In this document: piece by piece, positions 15,805-26,394 of the stretch
Layout: the number at the start of each line of letters is the position of its first letter
Numbering within the stretch: position 1 is the first letter of the stretch
DNA from: Planctomycetota bacterium
GTDB lineage: Bacteria; Planctomycetota; UBA8108; SXIK01
Assembly: GCA_965223845.1 (NCBI GenBank)
Contig: CBDCXR010000004.1
Location: 2,592,001-2,656,000, forward strand
Length of the DNA: 64,000 bases
Reading direction: 5' to 3'
Translations under genes and position numbers: made by a program
Notes under the pieces: generated by a model
What the model saw: only the letters and a program-made list of their open reading frames with translations
The model's database searches: none
What the model was told of the DNA's origin: nothing

Positions 15805-18504
15805 TTAGCGAACGAACAGGAACTCACTCGAGTTGAGCACGATGCGACAAGCGTTCGCGAGACCGTGCTTCGCGGCGAACGCCGCGACACGATCACACTC
15901 TTCTCCGTCCGGCCGGCGCCCGTACGCGAGGAGAAAGAGGCGCGCGATGCGCTCGTCGAGCCCGTCGACTTCTCGTTCGATCCTCGCCGCGAGATGTTCA
16001 CTCTGACGAACGAGAAAACGGTCGTGGAGAAGGGCGAGTGCTTGAAGCGGTGTGACGGTCGACTCACGAACCGGAGTGAGAAGCGACGCATCCGGACAGT
16101 CGAGTGCGGCAAAGAGCGGATCGGGCACGGTGCGAAAGACGAATCGATACACGGCGCGGCGACGGCTTGCGGCACTGTCGATGTCAAACGCGCCGTAGTC
16201 GACGACAGGGGTCACGTGTATCCCCGGCGATTCGACGAAGTGTCGCGCCGAGGGGCCGTGCATCCGAACGTCGATCGTCCCGCTCATCGCGAGGACCGCA
16301 TCGCGTACGCTCTCGGCGTCGAGTCGCCGTGGAGCCCGCCGCCAGAGCAGGCGATTCTCGGAATCCACGGCGAGCGCGGCCGGGTCGACGCGTCCCGATT
16401 GCCGGTAAACCGAGCTCGTCATGATCACTCGATGGAGAGCCTTCAAGGAACCGCCGCGATCTTGGAACCACGCCGCGAGCCAATCGAGAAGCTCGGGGTG
16501 AGACGGCCGGTCGCCGAGGCGACCGAAGTCGTTCGGAGTGGCGACGATTCCGCGGCCGAAGTGGTAATGCCATACGCGATTGACGATGGAACGCCACGTG
16601 AGGACGTTCTTACCGTGGGAAAGCCAGCGCGCGAGGGCCGCGCGGCGCGTTCCCTCGGGCGCGCCGGGGTCGATCTCGAACCTCGCGTCGAGACCGTCCA
16701 CGCAACGGAGCGCACCGGGTATCGCCGTACCGAGAGGCTGATCGATGTCGCCGCGGCGGAGGACGTGCACGGCACGCACACCGCGTGGAGGAACAAAGTT
16801 TCCCTGCGGCTCGAACTCACTCGCCACCGCGTAGACGCGCCGGGGTGCGGACAGGTTCGCGAGCTCCGCTTCCGCGGCCGAGAGCCCGACGAGACGCGCG
16901 AGCTCTGCCCTCTCCGCATCGGTTCGATCGGCCGGAGAGACCGCGAGCAGCGCGGCCAAAGGGGGCGGGACGACGTCCCCGGTCGGCCACGGTCCTTCAT
17001 CGCCGGTGACGGAGAGGCGCACGCGACCGATCAGGTGACCGCCGCCGTGGAGCTGATCTAGAACGACGACGAGCTCGCTTTCAGAAGACGCGCGGACCGG
17101 CTCGGCGAAGGCGAATACCGCAGAATGGGATGCGCCGACCGCCGGGTAAATCCCCCATGCCGTCTCCGGAAGTCCGTCGATCGCACGCTCGATCCCCCAG
17201 CCCGCCTGATTGAAGTCGGCGCTCGCCGAGCGAACGCGCACCACCTCGGGCTCGCCACGGGCGCGGGCGACAAAGAGTCGGATCTCGGAGAGATGGAGGT
17301 TCCCGTTGTCCTGTCGTCCCGGTCCGCCCTTCGGCAGCCGCGCATCCGCGAGAACCTCGAGGCGAACCGCTCGCACGCGAGCGGTCGGGATCGGGGACCG
17401 GACCGTGTACGAGTCCTTCTCCGGCCGCGGGCCGGAGGAGTAGATCGATCCGTCCTTCTCGCGCGAAAGCAGCGCACCTTCCTCCGAACGAAAGGCCCGC
17501 GGTACGAGCGGAATCCAGTTTCGCTCTCGGACGCGAATGCGCTCCTCCTCCTCGCGCGCCGCCCGTTGACGCCGCTCGGAAAGGAGCTCTTCCCTCGAGA
17601 TGGTGTTCTCGCGCAGGGCGTTTCGCTCCGCGAGGAGTCCTTGTCGTCGGGCGTGTACCTTCGGGTCCTCGTCGTATCCTCGCTCGACGCGATCGACTCC
17701 GGCGAACACCGCCTGAAGGCTGTAGTAGTCATCCTGTGTGATCGGGTCGACCTTGTGATCGTGACACCGCGCGCAATGCGCCGTCGCACTCACAAACGTC
17801 GACATGACGGTTTGGATCATGTCGTCGCGATCGAGATAGCGCGCGACCATCTTGTCCTTCGTTCCGTCCTGGATCCCCATCTGTGAGCTTTCGTCCCACG
17901 GCCCCGCCGCGAGGAACGCGGTCGCGACGAGCGCCTGAGGATCTCGAGGGAAGAGAACGTCACCGGCGACCTGCTCCTCAACGAATCGCGCGTACGGTTT
18001 GTCCTCGTTGAAGGATCGGATCAGATAATCGCGGTACGGCCAGGCGTTCGGCCGCGGACGATCTTGGTCGTGTCCGTGCGTCTCGGCGAAATGGACGACA
18101 TCCATCCAGTGGCGCGCCCAGCGTTCGCCGTAGCGAGGACTCGCGAGCAGTCGGTCGACGCGCCGCTCGTAGGCATCCGCCGCCGGATCCGCGACGAACG
18201 CCGCGATCTCCTCCGGCGTCGGCGGCAATCCGACGAGGTCGAACGAAACGCGGCGGAGCAACGTCGCGCGGTCGGCGGTCTCTTGCCGCCGAAGTCCGCG
18301 CTTCTCGAGCGCCGCGAGGATGAACGCGTCGATCGGCGTTCGCACCCACTCGGTATCGCGTACCTGAGGGACGCTCGGACTCGCGAGCGGTCGAAGCGCC
18401 CAGGCCGAGTCATCGGTCGACTCATCGCCACGCACTGCGCGTGGGAGCACCACGGCGAGCGCGAACGCCGAGAAGACGACCGCACGCGTCCTCGATCTCG
18501 ACAT
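15805..18504 (-). CDS. DUF1549/DUF1553 (PSCyt2/PSD1) protein with an internal carbohydrate-binding-like insert
   Basis: PIDAFILA, LLRRVSFDLVGLPPT, YGERWARHWMDVVHFAET, CARCHDHK, VNRVWHYHFGRGIV, PSHPELLDWLA. Start overlaps the upstream stop (TGATG). No N-terminal cytochrome domain. Confidence 0.92.
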   Translation of the reverse strand: MSRSRTRAVVFSAFALAVVLPRAVRGDESTDDSAWALRPLASPSVPQVRDTEWVRTPIDAFILAALEKRGLRRQETADRATLLRRVSFDLVGLPPTPEEIAAFVADPAADAYERRVDRLLASPRYGERWARHWMDVVHFAETHGHDQDRPRPNAWPYRDYLIRSFNEDKPYARFVEEQVAGDVLFPRDPQALVATAFLAAGPWDESSQMGIQDGTKDKMVARYLDRDDMIQTVMSTFVSATAHCARCHDHKVDPITQDDYYSLQAVFAGVDRVERGYDEDPKVHARRQGLLAERNALRENTISREELLSERRQRAAREEEERIRVRERNWIPLVPRAFRSEEGALLSREKDGSIYSSGPRPEKDSYTVRSPIPTARVRAVRLEVLADARLPKGGPGRQDNGNLHLSEIRLFVARARGEPEVVRVRSASADFNQAGWGIERAIDGLPETAWGIYPAVGASHSAVFAFAEPVRASSESELVVVLDQLHGGGHLIGRVRLSVTGDEGPWPTGDVVPPPLAALLAVSPADRTDAERAELARLVGLSAAEAELANLSAPRRVYAVASEFEPQGNFVPPRGVRAVHVLRRGDIDQPLGTAIPGALRCVDGLDARFEIDPGAPEGTRRAALARWLSHGKNVLTWRSIVNRVWHYHFGRGIVATPNDFGRLGDRPSHPELLDWLAAWFQDRGGSLKALHRVIMTSSVYRQSGRVDPAALAVDSENRLLWRRAPRRLDAESVRDAVLAMSGTIDVRMHGPSARHFVESPGIHVTPVVDYGAFDIDSAASRRRAVYRFVFRTVPDPLFAALDCPDASLLTPVRESTVTPLQALALLHDRFLVRQSEHLAARIEREVDGLDERIARLFLLAYGRRPDGEECDRVAAFAAKHGLANACRIVLNSSEFLFVR

Positions 18505-20855
18505 CACTCCGTCTCCGCCCGCGCCGCGGCGGGCCAGCGAAGATGCCGGTGAAGGAACTCGAACGTCCCCTTTCCGTTGATCTTGTGCGGCCCGTCGAAC
18601 CACTCGATCGCGCAGCGATCGCCGATCTTCAGTTGCGCCTGGTAGAGGAACCGCACCTTGGCGAACTCCCACGCGACCGTCCAATCATCGGCGACTCCGT
18701 CGTAGTGCCCGCGCTCGACCATGAACGGCCGCGGAGCGATGAGCGCCGCCATCTCGGCGTAATTGAACGTGCTGCCGAGATCGAACTCGAAGATCTCGTA
18801 CTCGCCCGTCCAGACATAGCTCCGTCCGTGATGCGTCGACGCGTTCTTGTCGACCCACTCGTTGAAATCGGCCGAGCAGATCGAGAGACAGTAATCGGAC
18901 ACGAGCGGAGGGATCCGCATCGCGCTCTTTCCGCCGTAGCTGAGACCGTAGAACGCGATGCGTTCCGGATCGACGATCGGGAGCGACTGGAGCCAGTCGA
19001 CGATCTGTTGGTGCTGCGGCACCATGATCGAGAAGAGCGTCTTTTTCAACGGATTCGCTTTCCGCTGAAGCGTGCGGAATCGATCGCCGAAAATGTAGAG
19101 ATTCTGAGGTGCGAAGGTGATGAACCCACGCTCGGCGAGCTTTGTTGCGAACCTCTCGTAGTACTGCTTGTCTTTCTCGCCGATCACACTCTGCGGCCGT
19201 CCCTCGAGACCGTGCTGGCACACGACGACGGGTCTCCTTTCCCCGGTCGCGATCCCCGACGGGACGAGGAGGAGCCCGTAGGCGATGACGTCGGGGAAAA
19301 CGTCGAGAACGACTTCATACGTCGTGTGGGTCGTGGCTTCACCGAATACACGGGTGCGCGGATTCGCGGGAAGAAGCGGATCGGAGAACGTTCCGATGAC
19401 CTCCTCCGCGAAGAACTCTCGGAGCGGCTCCGCGCTCTTCAGATAGGCCTCCTCGGAGGAAGTGTCGAGGCGATCGAACACGAAGGCCTTGCGCACGGCG
19501 GGGCTCGCGCGAAGGACTTCCTGCGTGTGCCGGTCGATCTCACGCATCGTGCGCTCGAGCCGGCGCAGCGGATCCTCGAGATCGCGGAGAACGCGCGGGG
19601 CGGGACCGCTCGGAGCCGGAGTCGCGCCGCGGCTGAGCTTACCGAGAAACGACTGAAGCGCTGATTCGGAGCCCGGAAGCCCTCGCCCATCGGCGCCGCT
19701 CACAGCGAGTGCGATCCCTCCCGAGGAGTCGAGCTCACTCACGAGCGCACGCGCCCGCGCGATCTCCGAACGGACGGAGTCGAGCGCCGGCGTCACGATT
19801 CGCGCCGGGCCGCCGCCACCGGTTCCGCCGTAGCTCAACTCTGGAGCCTGCGCGGCTTCGACGACGAGGGCGCGCGGGGCCACCAGACTTGCGAGCTCGG
19901 CGTCGCCGAAGCGCTCGAGAAGTGCGAACACGTTACGATCCAGCGGCTCTTCCCAAATGTGGTGACGCCGATCGAAGTACCCGCTCACGCCGGCCGCGTC
20001 GATCCGCGCATCGAGCGCCGCGGAATAGAGTGCGAGGAGACCGCCTTCGCCCCAGCCGTAGACTCCGACGGGTCGATCGGGCGCGTCTTTCTCGAGCCAG
20101 TCGACGACGGCGAGGACCTTTTGAATCTCGTAGCCGACCAGTCCGCGTCCGAGCTCGAACGCCGCGCGATAGAGAAACTCGCGGTGCGTCATCGTCGGCT
20201 TTCGCCCGGGTCCCCAGACAAACTTTCCGCGCGCGCGATCGACGAGCGTCGGAACGATCACCCGGCAGCCGCTCTCGGCGATCCGGCGCGCGAACTGCGC
20301 TTCGGGCGGAGTTCCCGCGACGAGCCCGGCGAGCTGCTCGGGTGTCTGGTCGGCGTCGGGGATCGCGACGACGTCCGCGATCGGTTCCCGCGCGCGCGGA
20401 ACGAGCAGCAATCCTTCGCCGCGCACGCCGGCGAACGCCGGCCAGCGCACGGCGTAGACGTCGAAGCTCGGTGTCGCGCCGACTTGCGCCGAGTGGTCCG
20501 TTGTCCAGACGAGCTCGAGTCCGCTCGGTTCCGGTCGCTCGTCGCGCACACCGAGAATCGAAGCGAGTCGCGCGCGCGAAGGCGCAACGGAACGCTCGTA
20601 CGCCTCGTGCGAGGAGAAGTCGCGGCGCCAGTGCAGTTCGCGAGCGGCCTCCGATTCCTCGATCTTTCGGAGCAGGAATCGATCGACGCCCTCGACGAGC
20701 TGCGACGCGATGTCTCCCTCCAGTCGAAGGAGCTCGGTCCCCGGATAGGGATCGCGATTCTCGTCGGACTGCGAGATCGATCGAGCCGGACTGAGCAGCG
20801 CCGCGACGAGCGCCGTCCCGGCGACGATTCGACGCGACGGCCTCGACGAACGCAT
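18504..20855 (-). CDS. Secreted tandem alpha/beta hydrolase (dienelactone hydrolase/acetyl esterase-like)
   Basis: Two hydrolase-like halves; the C-terminal one has VCQHGLEG, FYGLSYGGK and APRPFMVERG. Start uncertain (20855/20906). Confidence 0.8.
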   Translation of the reverse strand: MRSSRPSRRIVAGTALVAALLSPARSISQSDENRDPYPGTELLRLEGDIASQLVEGVDRFLLRKIEESEAARELHWRRDFSSHEAYERSVAPSRARLASILGVRDERPEPSGLELVWTTDHSAQVGATPSFDVYAVRWPAFAGVRGEGLLLVPRAREPIADVVAIPDADQTPEQLAGLVAGTPPEAQFARRIAESGCRVIVPTLVDRARGKFVWGPGRKPTMTHREFLYRAAFELGRGLVGYEIQKVLAVVDWLEKDAPDRPVGVYGWGEGGLLALYSAALDARIDAAGVSGYFDRRHHIWEEPLDRNVFALLERFGDAELASLVAPRALVVEAAQAPELSYGGTGGGGPARIVTPALDSVRSEIARARALVSELDSSGGIALAVSGADGRGLPGSESALQSFLGKLSRGATPAPSGPAPRVLRDLEDPLRRLERTMREIDRHTQEVLRASPAVRKAFVFDRLDTSSEEAYLKSAEPLREFFAEEVIGTFSDPLLPANPRTRVFGEATTHTTYEVVLDVFPDVIAYGLLLVPSGIATGERRPVVVCQHGLEGRPQSVIGEKDKQYYERFATKLAERGFITFAPQNLYIFGDRFRTLQRKANPLKKTLFSIMVPQHQQIVDWLQSLPIVDPERIAFYGLSYGGKSAMRIPPLVSDYCLSICSADFNEWVDKNASTHHGRSYVWTGEYEIFEFDLGSTFNYAEMAALIAPRPFMVERGHYDGVADDWTVAWEFAKVRFLYQAQLKIGDRCAIEWFDGPHKINGKGTFEFLHRHLRWPAAARAETE

Positions 20856-21140
20856 CGAAACCGCGCCGCGACACCGGCTTGCGTTCGCACATCGCGTGAG
20901 GCTCATGGACACGACTCCTTTCCGGGTCTGCGTCGCACGAAGGAGACGGATTCACGAACCTCCGCGCGTCACCGAGCGCCATCTTGTTCGAGCGGGGCGA
21001 GCAGAGCAAGCGAGAGGGCGGTCTCGATCGAGCTCGCGGCCGTTCTCACCCCGGAGTCGATGGATTGCGCCGCGCGGCGGCCGCTCCGTCGACTATCATC
21101 TCGAGACCTCACGTTCCGCGAACCCCACACTTCTCGCCTC

Positions 21141-23468
21141 ATGGAATCAGCGATGACGACTGCCCTTTCTCAATCGCCCCCCATTCGATTCGAACGCTTG
21201 GTGTGTCTCGTCGTTCTCTTCAGCGCCGTCGCCGCTACCGAATCGCACCGCGTCCGTGCCGACTGGAAACCCGCCGAAGGCCCACTCGCGACGCGATGGG
21301 CGAACGACGTTTCCCCGACGAATGCGCTCCCCGAGTACCCGCGGCCACAGCTCGTGAGGCCGGCGTGGTCGAATCTAAACGGACTCTGGGAGTACGCGAT
21401 TCGGCCGAAAGGCGAGTCGCAGCCAGACGAGTTCGACGGTGAAATCCTCGTCCCCTTCGCGATCGAATCGTCACTCTCGGGCGTGATGAAAACGGTCGGA
21501 CCGGAGAACGAACTCTGGTACCGCCGAAGCGCCATGCTGCCGAAGCTCGGCGAGGGCGATCGCCTGCTCCTTCACTTCGAGGCCGTCGACTGGGAAGCGA
21601 CGGTCTGGGTGAACGGGAAGGAGATCGGATCCCATCGCGGTGGTTACGACGGGTTCTCGCTCGACATCACCGGCGCCTTCGCTCGGAGCGCGGACGTCGC
21701 GGAGATCGTCGTTCGCGTCTGGGATCCGACCGATGCGGGCTACCAGCCGAGGGGGAAGCAAGTGGGGAATCCGCGCGGGATCTGGTACACGTCCGTCACC
21801 GGGATCTGGCAGACCGTCTGGCTCGAGCCCGTTCCGGCGGCGTCCATCGACGGTCTCTCGTTCTACCCCGATCTCGATCGCGGCGAGCTGCGCGTTGCCG
21901 CGTCCGGACGGGGAACGACTGCGGAGCATTCTCTCGCGCTCGTTGCGCGCGCCGGAAATCGCGTCGTCGGAACCGCGACGGGTGGCGTCGGCGACGTGAT
22001 CCGTCTCGCGGTTGCGGACGTGCGCGCGTGGTCGCCGGACGATCCGTTTCTCTACGATCTCACCGCGACGCTCCGGCGGGGCGACGAGGTCGTGGACGTC
22101 GTCCAAAGCTACTTTGCCCTCCGATCGATCGAGATGGCGAAGGACGCCGATGGCTTCAATCGTTTCTTTTTGAACGGCGAGCCGATCTTTCACTTCGGGC
22201 CGCTCGATCAAGGCTGGTGGCCCGACGGACTGTACACCGCTCCGACCGACGCCGCTCTCCGCTACGATGTCGAAGTCACGCACCGCATGGGTTTCAACAT
22301 GGCGCGAAAGCACGTCAAGATCGAGCCGCGGCGATGGTACTACCACTGCGACCAACTCGGCTTGATGGTCTGGCAGGATCTGCCGAACGGAGATCGCCAC
22401 ATCCGGCCGGATGAGCCGGATATCGAGCGTTCGCCCGAGTCCGCGGCGAACTTCGCCCGCGAGCTGCGTGCGATGATCGATCGGCTGCAGGCGCACCCGT
22501 CGATCGTCGTCTGGGTTCCGTTCAACGAAGGCTGGGGACAGTTCGACACTCACGGCGTGCTCGGCTGGGTCGAAGATTACGATCCCACGCGCCTCGTCGA
22601 CGGCCCGAGCGGATGGACCGATCGGGGGACGGGGCACATTCATGACATCCATCGCTATCCCGGACCGGCGATGCCGGAACCAGAATCCAACCGAATCGCA
22701 GCTCTCGGCGAATTCGGCGGACTCGGACTCCCGCTCGAAGGTCACCTCTGGTGGAACAAGCGAAACTGGGGCTACCGCACCTACCGCACGAAAGCCGAGC
22801 TGCTTGCGAACTATCGCCGCCTCTTGCGCAAGCTCCACCCGATGGTGGGGCGAGGTCTCGCCGCGGCGATCTACACGCAGACGTCCGACGTCGAAGGCGA
22901 GGTCAACGGACTTCTCACGTACGACCGCGACGAGGTGAAGCTCGGGGTCGAGATCCTCGCCAAGCTGAACCGAGCGCTCTACGGACCGCCGCCGATCATT
23001 CACCGCACGCCGATTCTGGCAACGAGCGAGACGGACCCCGCCGAGTGGCGCTATACGCTCGAAGAGCCGCGAGATGGGTGGGAAACGGGCGAGTTCGACG
23101 ACTCCGCGTGGACCGCCGGACCCGGCGGCTTCGGCCAGGCCGACACTCCAGGTGCCCGAGTCCGAACGGAGTGGACGAGCGAGAGAATTTGGCTCAGACG
23201 GAAGTTCAGCGTTCGCGAGATCCCGTCTCAGCCTCTCTTCTTACGCATCCACCACGATGAGGACGCCGACGTCTACCTGAACGGACGTCACCTCGCGTCG
23301 CTCACGGGGTACACGACCGAATACGAGGACGTGCCGATCGGAGTGGACGTTCGCTCCGTGCTGCGTGCGGGCGAGAACACGCTCGCCGTCCGCTGCCGGC
23401 AGACGGGCGGCGGTCAGTATATCGACGTAGGCCTCGTTGCGATCGTCGAGGAGAGTGCGGAGCGCTGA
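21141..23468 (+). CDS. Glycoside hydrolase family 2 (beta-galactosidase-like) with C-terminal beta-sandwich
   Basis: LPEYPRPQ, NLNGLWEY, LHFEAVDW, SVTGIWQTVWLE, GPLDQGWWPDGLYT, WVPFNEGWGQ, GEFGG, YTQTSDVEGEVNG; signal peptide. Confidence 0.92.
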   Translation: MESAMTTALSQSPPIRFERLVCLVVLFSAVAATESHRVRADWKPAEGPLATRWANDVSPTNALPEYPRPQLVRPAWSNLNGLWEYAIRPKGESQPDEFDGEILVPFAIESSLSGVMKTVGPENELWYRRSAMLPKLGEGDRLLLHFEAVDWEATVWVNGKEIGSHRGGYDGFSLDITGAFARSADVAEIVVRVWDPTDAGYQPRGKQVGNPRGIWYTSVTGIWQTVWLEPVPAASIDGLSFYPDLDRGELRVAASGRGTTAEHSLALVARAGNRVVGTATGGVGDVIRLAVADVRAWSPDDPFLYDLTATLRRGDEVVDVVQSYFALRSIEMAKDADGFNRFFLNGEPIFHFGPLDQGWWPDGLYTAPTDAALRYDVEVTHRMGFNMARKHVKIEPRRWYYHCDQLGLMVWQDLPNGDRHIRPDEPDIERSPESAANFARELRAMIDRLQAHPSIVVWVPFNEGWGQFDTHGVLGWVEDYDPTRLVDGPSGWTDRGTGHIHDIHRYPGPAMPEPESNRIAALGEFGGLGLPLEGHLWWNKRNWGYRTYRTKAELLANYRRLLRKLHPMVGRGLAAAIYTQTSDVEGEVNGLLTYDRDEVKLGVEILAKLNRALYGPPPIIHRTPILATSETDPAEWRYTLEEPRDGWETGEFDDSAWTAGPGGFGQADTPGARVRTEWTSERIWLRRKFSVREIPSQPLFLRIHHDEDADVYLNGRHLASLTGYTTEYEDVPIGVDVRSVLRAGENTLAVRCRQTGGGQYIDVGLVAIVEESAER

Positions 23469-23524
23469 AGCAATCGGGCGCGGGCGGCTTGCGCTGAGAT
23501 TTGTCGGCGAAGCACACCTCCCTC

Positions 23525-24256
23525 TCACTTGATCTCACGAAAGCGGACGTCTTTGAATTCGACCCACATCGGCCTGCCGGCGTGCAGCTGAAACGCGAGA
23601 ACGCCATCCTTGAGCGCCTTGGGGTGACTGTCGGTGAAGTCGAGAATCAGGCGTCCGTTCAGGTAATGCTGAATGTGGTTTCCCCGGGCGATGATGATCA
23701 CGTCGTTCCACTCGTCGAGCTTGAACAGCTTCTTGAACTCTTCGGGCGTGATTAGTTTCTCGACGACCTTCTTCTTGCCGTCTTTGTCCGTCACCGCCTT
23801 CTCGCCGACCAAGCAGATTCGCCCCCGCCTGCCGGCCAAGCCGCCTTCGTCGTAGATGAAGCCGGCGATGTTGGGGAACTTGATCTCGTTTCGGATCTCG
23901 TGCTGATACCCGCGGACACGCCACTTGTTTTTCTTGTCCGGCGTAGAGCGGTACTGAATCCCGGAGTTGTTCGTCGCGTTACAGCGGAAAGACACACGCA
24001 GCTCGAAGTCGGTCGTCTTCCCTTCCTTCCAAACGAGAAACGTGTTGCCCTTGGCCTTCTTTTCCGGGGTCGTCTCGCCGCGGATCGCGCCGTCCTTGAC
24101 GGACCACAACCTCGGGTCGCCGTCCCAGCCCGTTAGGTCCTTTCCGTTGAAAATCCTCTTCATGCCCTTTGGCTCGGGCGGAGCGTTCACGGCATCGTCG
24201 GCCGAGGCGGTGACGGGTAGGCAGAGCAAGGAACTGACGAGGACGCTGCGAATCAT
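23525..24256 (-). CDS. DUF1080 (3-keto-disaccharide hydrolase family) secreted protein
   Basis: IFNGKDLTGW, NSGIQYRS, EWN, G.LAFQLH, VEFKDVR; signal peptide. Confidence 0.9.
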   Translation of the reverse strand: MIRSVLVSSLLCLPVTASADDAVNAPPEPKGMKRIFNGKDLTGWDGDPRLWSVKDGAIRGETTPEKKAKGNTFLVWKEGKTTDFELRVSFRCNATNNSGIQYRSTPDKKNKWRVRGYQHEIRNEIKFPNIAGFIYDEGGLAGRRGRICLVGEKAVTDKDGKKKVVEKLITPEEFKKLFKLDEWNDVIIIARGNHIQHYLNGRLILDFTDSHPKALKDGVLAFQLHAGRPMWVEFKDVRFREIK

Positions 24257-24618
24257 GGGAAATCTCTCCGATCGAATTGGCTGTTGAAACCCGTGCCGAG
24301 ATCGTATCACGGCGGACTCGGACGCCGCGTTGATTCACCCCGAGGTCGTGAAAAGGGAAAGCAAAAAGCCCGCTCGGCCGGCGCACGGCCCGTCCCTGGT
24401 TGAAGCCGCTCGTCGAGCGCTCGGCCGGATCGGCATCAGCGCTGAAACGAACTAGGGACGAGAACGTTTGAGCAGAGGAAGCGCCTCTTCGGCTGAAGTC
24501 GAAAGCGCAGCCCGGTCGAAATCGATGCTGCTGATTTGACATTCTACGTGCCCGCGAGATCACGATTCCTCGCGAATCACCGGGGAAACTCGGCACCGAT
24601 CGCACCTTCGAATCGGAA

Positions 24619-24647
24619 TTGACAAGACCCAAAACCCGACCCACAAT
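24619..24647 (+). promoter_or_regulatory. Putative sigma70 promoter of the nfeD-floA operon
   Basis: TTGACA-N17-CACAAT about 30 nt before the ATG, in an AT-richer patch. Confidence 0.55.
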
Positions 24648-24678
24648 ACCCAAAGTTTTTCCTTATCTGTTTGAGTCA

Positions 24679-26385
24679 ATGGGCTTTATGGAATCGACGC
24701 CCAGCGCCCGCACCACCCGTGAACCACGTGTGACTCGCTTCGCGGGATCGTTTATCGGAATACGGTCGTTTCCGACGGGATTCGCGGCGATCGGAGGTGC
24801 GCTGTCGCTCCTTCTTGCGATCTTCGGGCCGTCGTTTTCGAGCGCGCAGGAGCAAGACCCGTTCGAGCCGGAACGCGCCGCCGAGAACGCCGCGGCGATC
24901 CTGTTCGTGCCTCTCGACGGCGAGATCACCCGCGACGGCACCGTCGAGCTCATGCGCCGAATCGGGTGGTGGCTGGAGCGTGAGCCCGCGATCCGCTACG
25001 TCGTCCTCGAGATCGACTCGCCCGGCGGCGACGTCGAGGCGGCGAAGGATCTCGCCGACTTTCTCCAGTCCGGGATCGGAGAGGCACGCGCGATCACACT
25101 CGTCCGCCCGCGAGGGCTCGCGCTCTCGGCGGCCGCGCTCGTCGCGATGTCGACGCGAGACATCCTCATGGGCGTGGGGAGCGTCATCGGCGCGCGAGAG
25201 GCGCGGAAGGATGCGCCCGCGATCGAGGCGCCCGATTTTTCCGCACTGAGCGAGGTCGCGCGCGACGATCTCCGTCAGTACCTGCGGAACTTCGCGCGCG
25301 ACCGCGGCAGCCCGACCGCGCTCGCCGACGCGATCGTCGAGCCGGTGCGCGCGGACATCCTCCGGGGAACGCCGATTCGGTGGCGCGACGGCCAGGAGGT
25401 CGAAGACGAGTACGTCTTCGGCACGAAGGAGGACGTCGAGAGCCTGAAGCGCGACCAAAAGATCCGCATCGAGAACATCGAAGTCGTTCTCCGCACGGGA
25501 GAGCGTCTACTCCTCAGTGCGGACGACGCACTCGAGTACCGATTCGCGTCGCACATCGCGAATGATCGCGGTGAGCTGAAGGAGATGCTGCAGCTCTCCG
25601 TCCCCCCGCAGCTCACGTTCGATTTGAGCGCGGGGGCGGAGCGTCGCGATGGCTCCGCCCAGCCGTTCATCGATTTTCTCAACCATCCGTTCACGCGCGG
25701 AGTGCTCATTCTCGGCGGCTGCCTCGGCCTCCTGCTCGAGCTCAAGCTCCTCGGAACGATGATTCCCGGCGCGATCGGGCTCGTCTGTTTTCTCGTCTTC
25801 TTCATCGCCGCGTCGCAGCCGATCACGGGCCACGTGCACGGCACGGCGAGTCTCGGGGAAATCATGCTCGGGCTCATCGGCCTCGGCCTCGTCGCCGTCG
25901 AGTTGATCTTCCCCGGATTCGCGATCTTTGCGATCTCGGGGATCGCCCTCTGCGGCGTGAGCGTGGTGATGGCGATGGTGCCGGGTGAAGCGACGGACGT
26001 CAGTACGGAGGACGCGATTCAGAGCGCGATCTCCGTTTTCCTCTTTTCGCTCGCGGCTGGACTCGCAGTGTTCTTTCTCCTCCTTCGCTATCTTCCGAAG
26101 CTCAAGATCGGGCGAAGGCGTCCGGGGATTCTCTCGGAGGCAACAATCGTCGGAGTTCCGACTGCGGACAGCGCCGAGGAAGCTCGCAGCCGCGCCGACG
26201 CTCTCGTCGGGCGAGTCGGGCGTGCCGTAACGACGCTTCGACCGTCGGGCAAGATAGAGCTCGACGGCGGAGAGCTCGTCGATGTCGTCACCGAGGGACG
26301 CTTTGTCGAATCGGGTTCCCGCGTCCGCATCGTCGAGGTGACCGGCGCGCGTGTCGTCGTCACCGAAGAAGAGACATCAGACTGA
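24679..26385 (+). CDS. Long-form NfeD: ClpP-like periplasmic domain, TM region and C-terminal OB fold
   Basis: LEIDSPGG, ALSAAALVAMS, multi-TM segment, LVGRVGRAVTTLRPSGKI...DVVTEGRFVESG. Confidence 0.88.
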   Translation: MGFMESTPSARTTREPRVTRFAGSFIGIRSFPTGFAAIGGALSLLLAIFGPSFSSAQEQDPFEPERAAENAAAILFVPLDGEITRDGTVELMRRIGWWLEREPAIRYVVLEIDSPGGDVEAAKDLADFLQSGIGEARAITLVRPRGLALSAAALVAMSTRDILMGVGSVIGAREARKDAPAIEAPDFSALSEVARDDLRQYLRNFARDRGSPTALADAIVEPVRADILRGTPIRWRDGQEVEDEYVFGTKEDVESLKRDQKIRIENIEVVLRTGERLLLSADDALEYRFASHIANDRGELKEMLQLSVPPQLTFDLSAGAERRDGSAQPFIDFLNHPFTRGVLILGGCLGLLLELKLLGTMIPGAIGLVCFLVFFIAASQPITGHVHGTASLGEIMLGLIGLGLVAVELIFPGFAIFAISGIALCGVSVVMAMVPGEATDVSTEDAIQSAISVFLFSLAAGLAVFFLLLRYLPKLKIGRRRPGILSEATIVGVPTADSAEEARSRADALVGRVGRAVTTLRPSGKIELDGGELVDVVTEGRFVESGSRVRIVEVTGARVVVTEEETSD

Positions 26386-26394
26386 AACGCACCG

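Noticed and set aside
19959-21140. Long N-terminal extensions in the ORF track (GH2 from 19959, kinase from 1177, PSCyt from 30875, DUF1501 from 33163)
   Set aside because: They overlap other real genes; signal peptides or family N-termini begin at the later starts used here.
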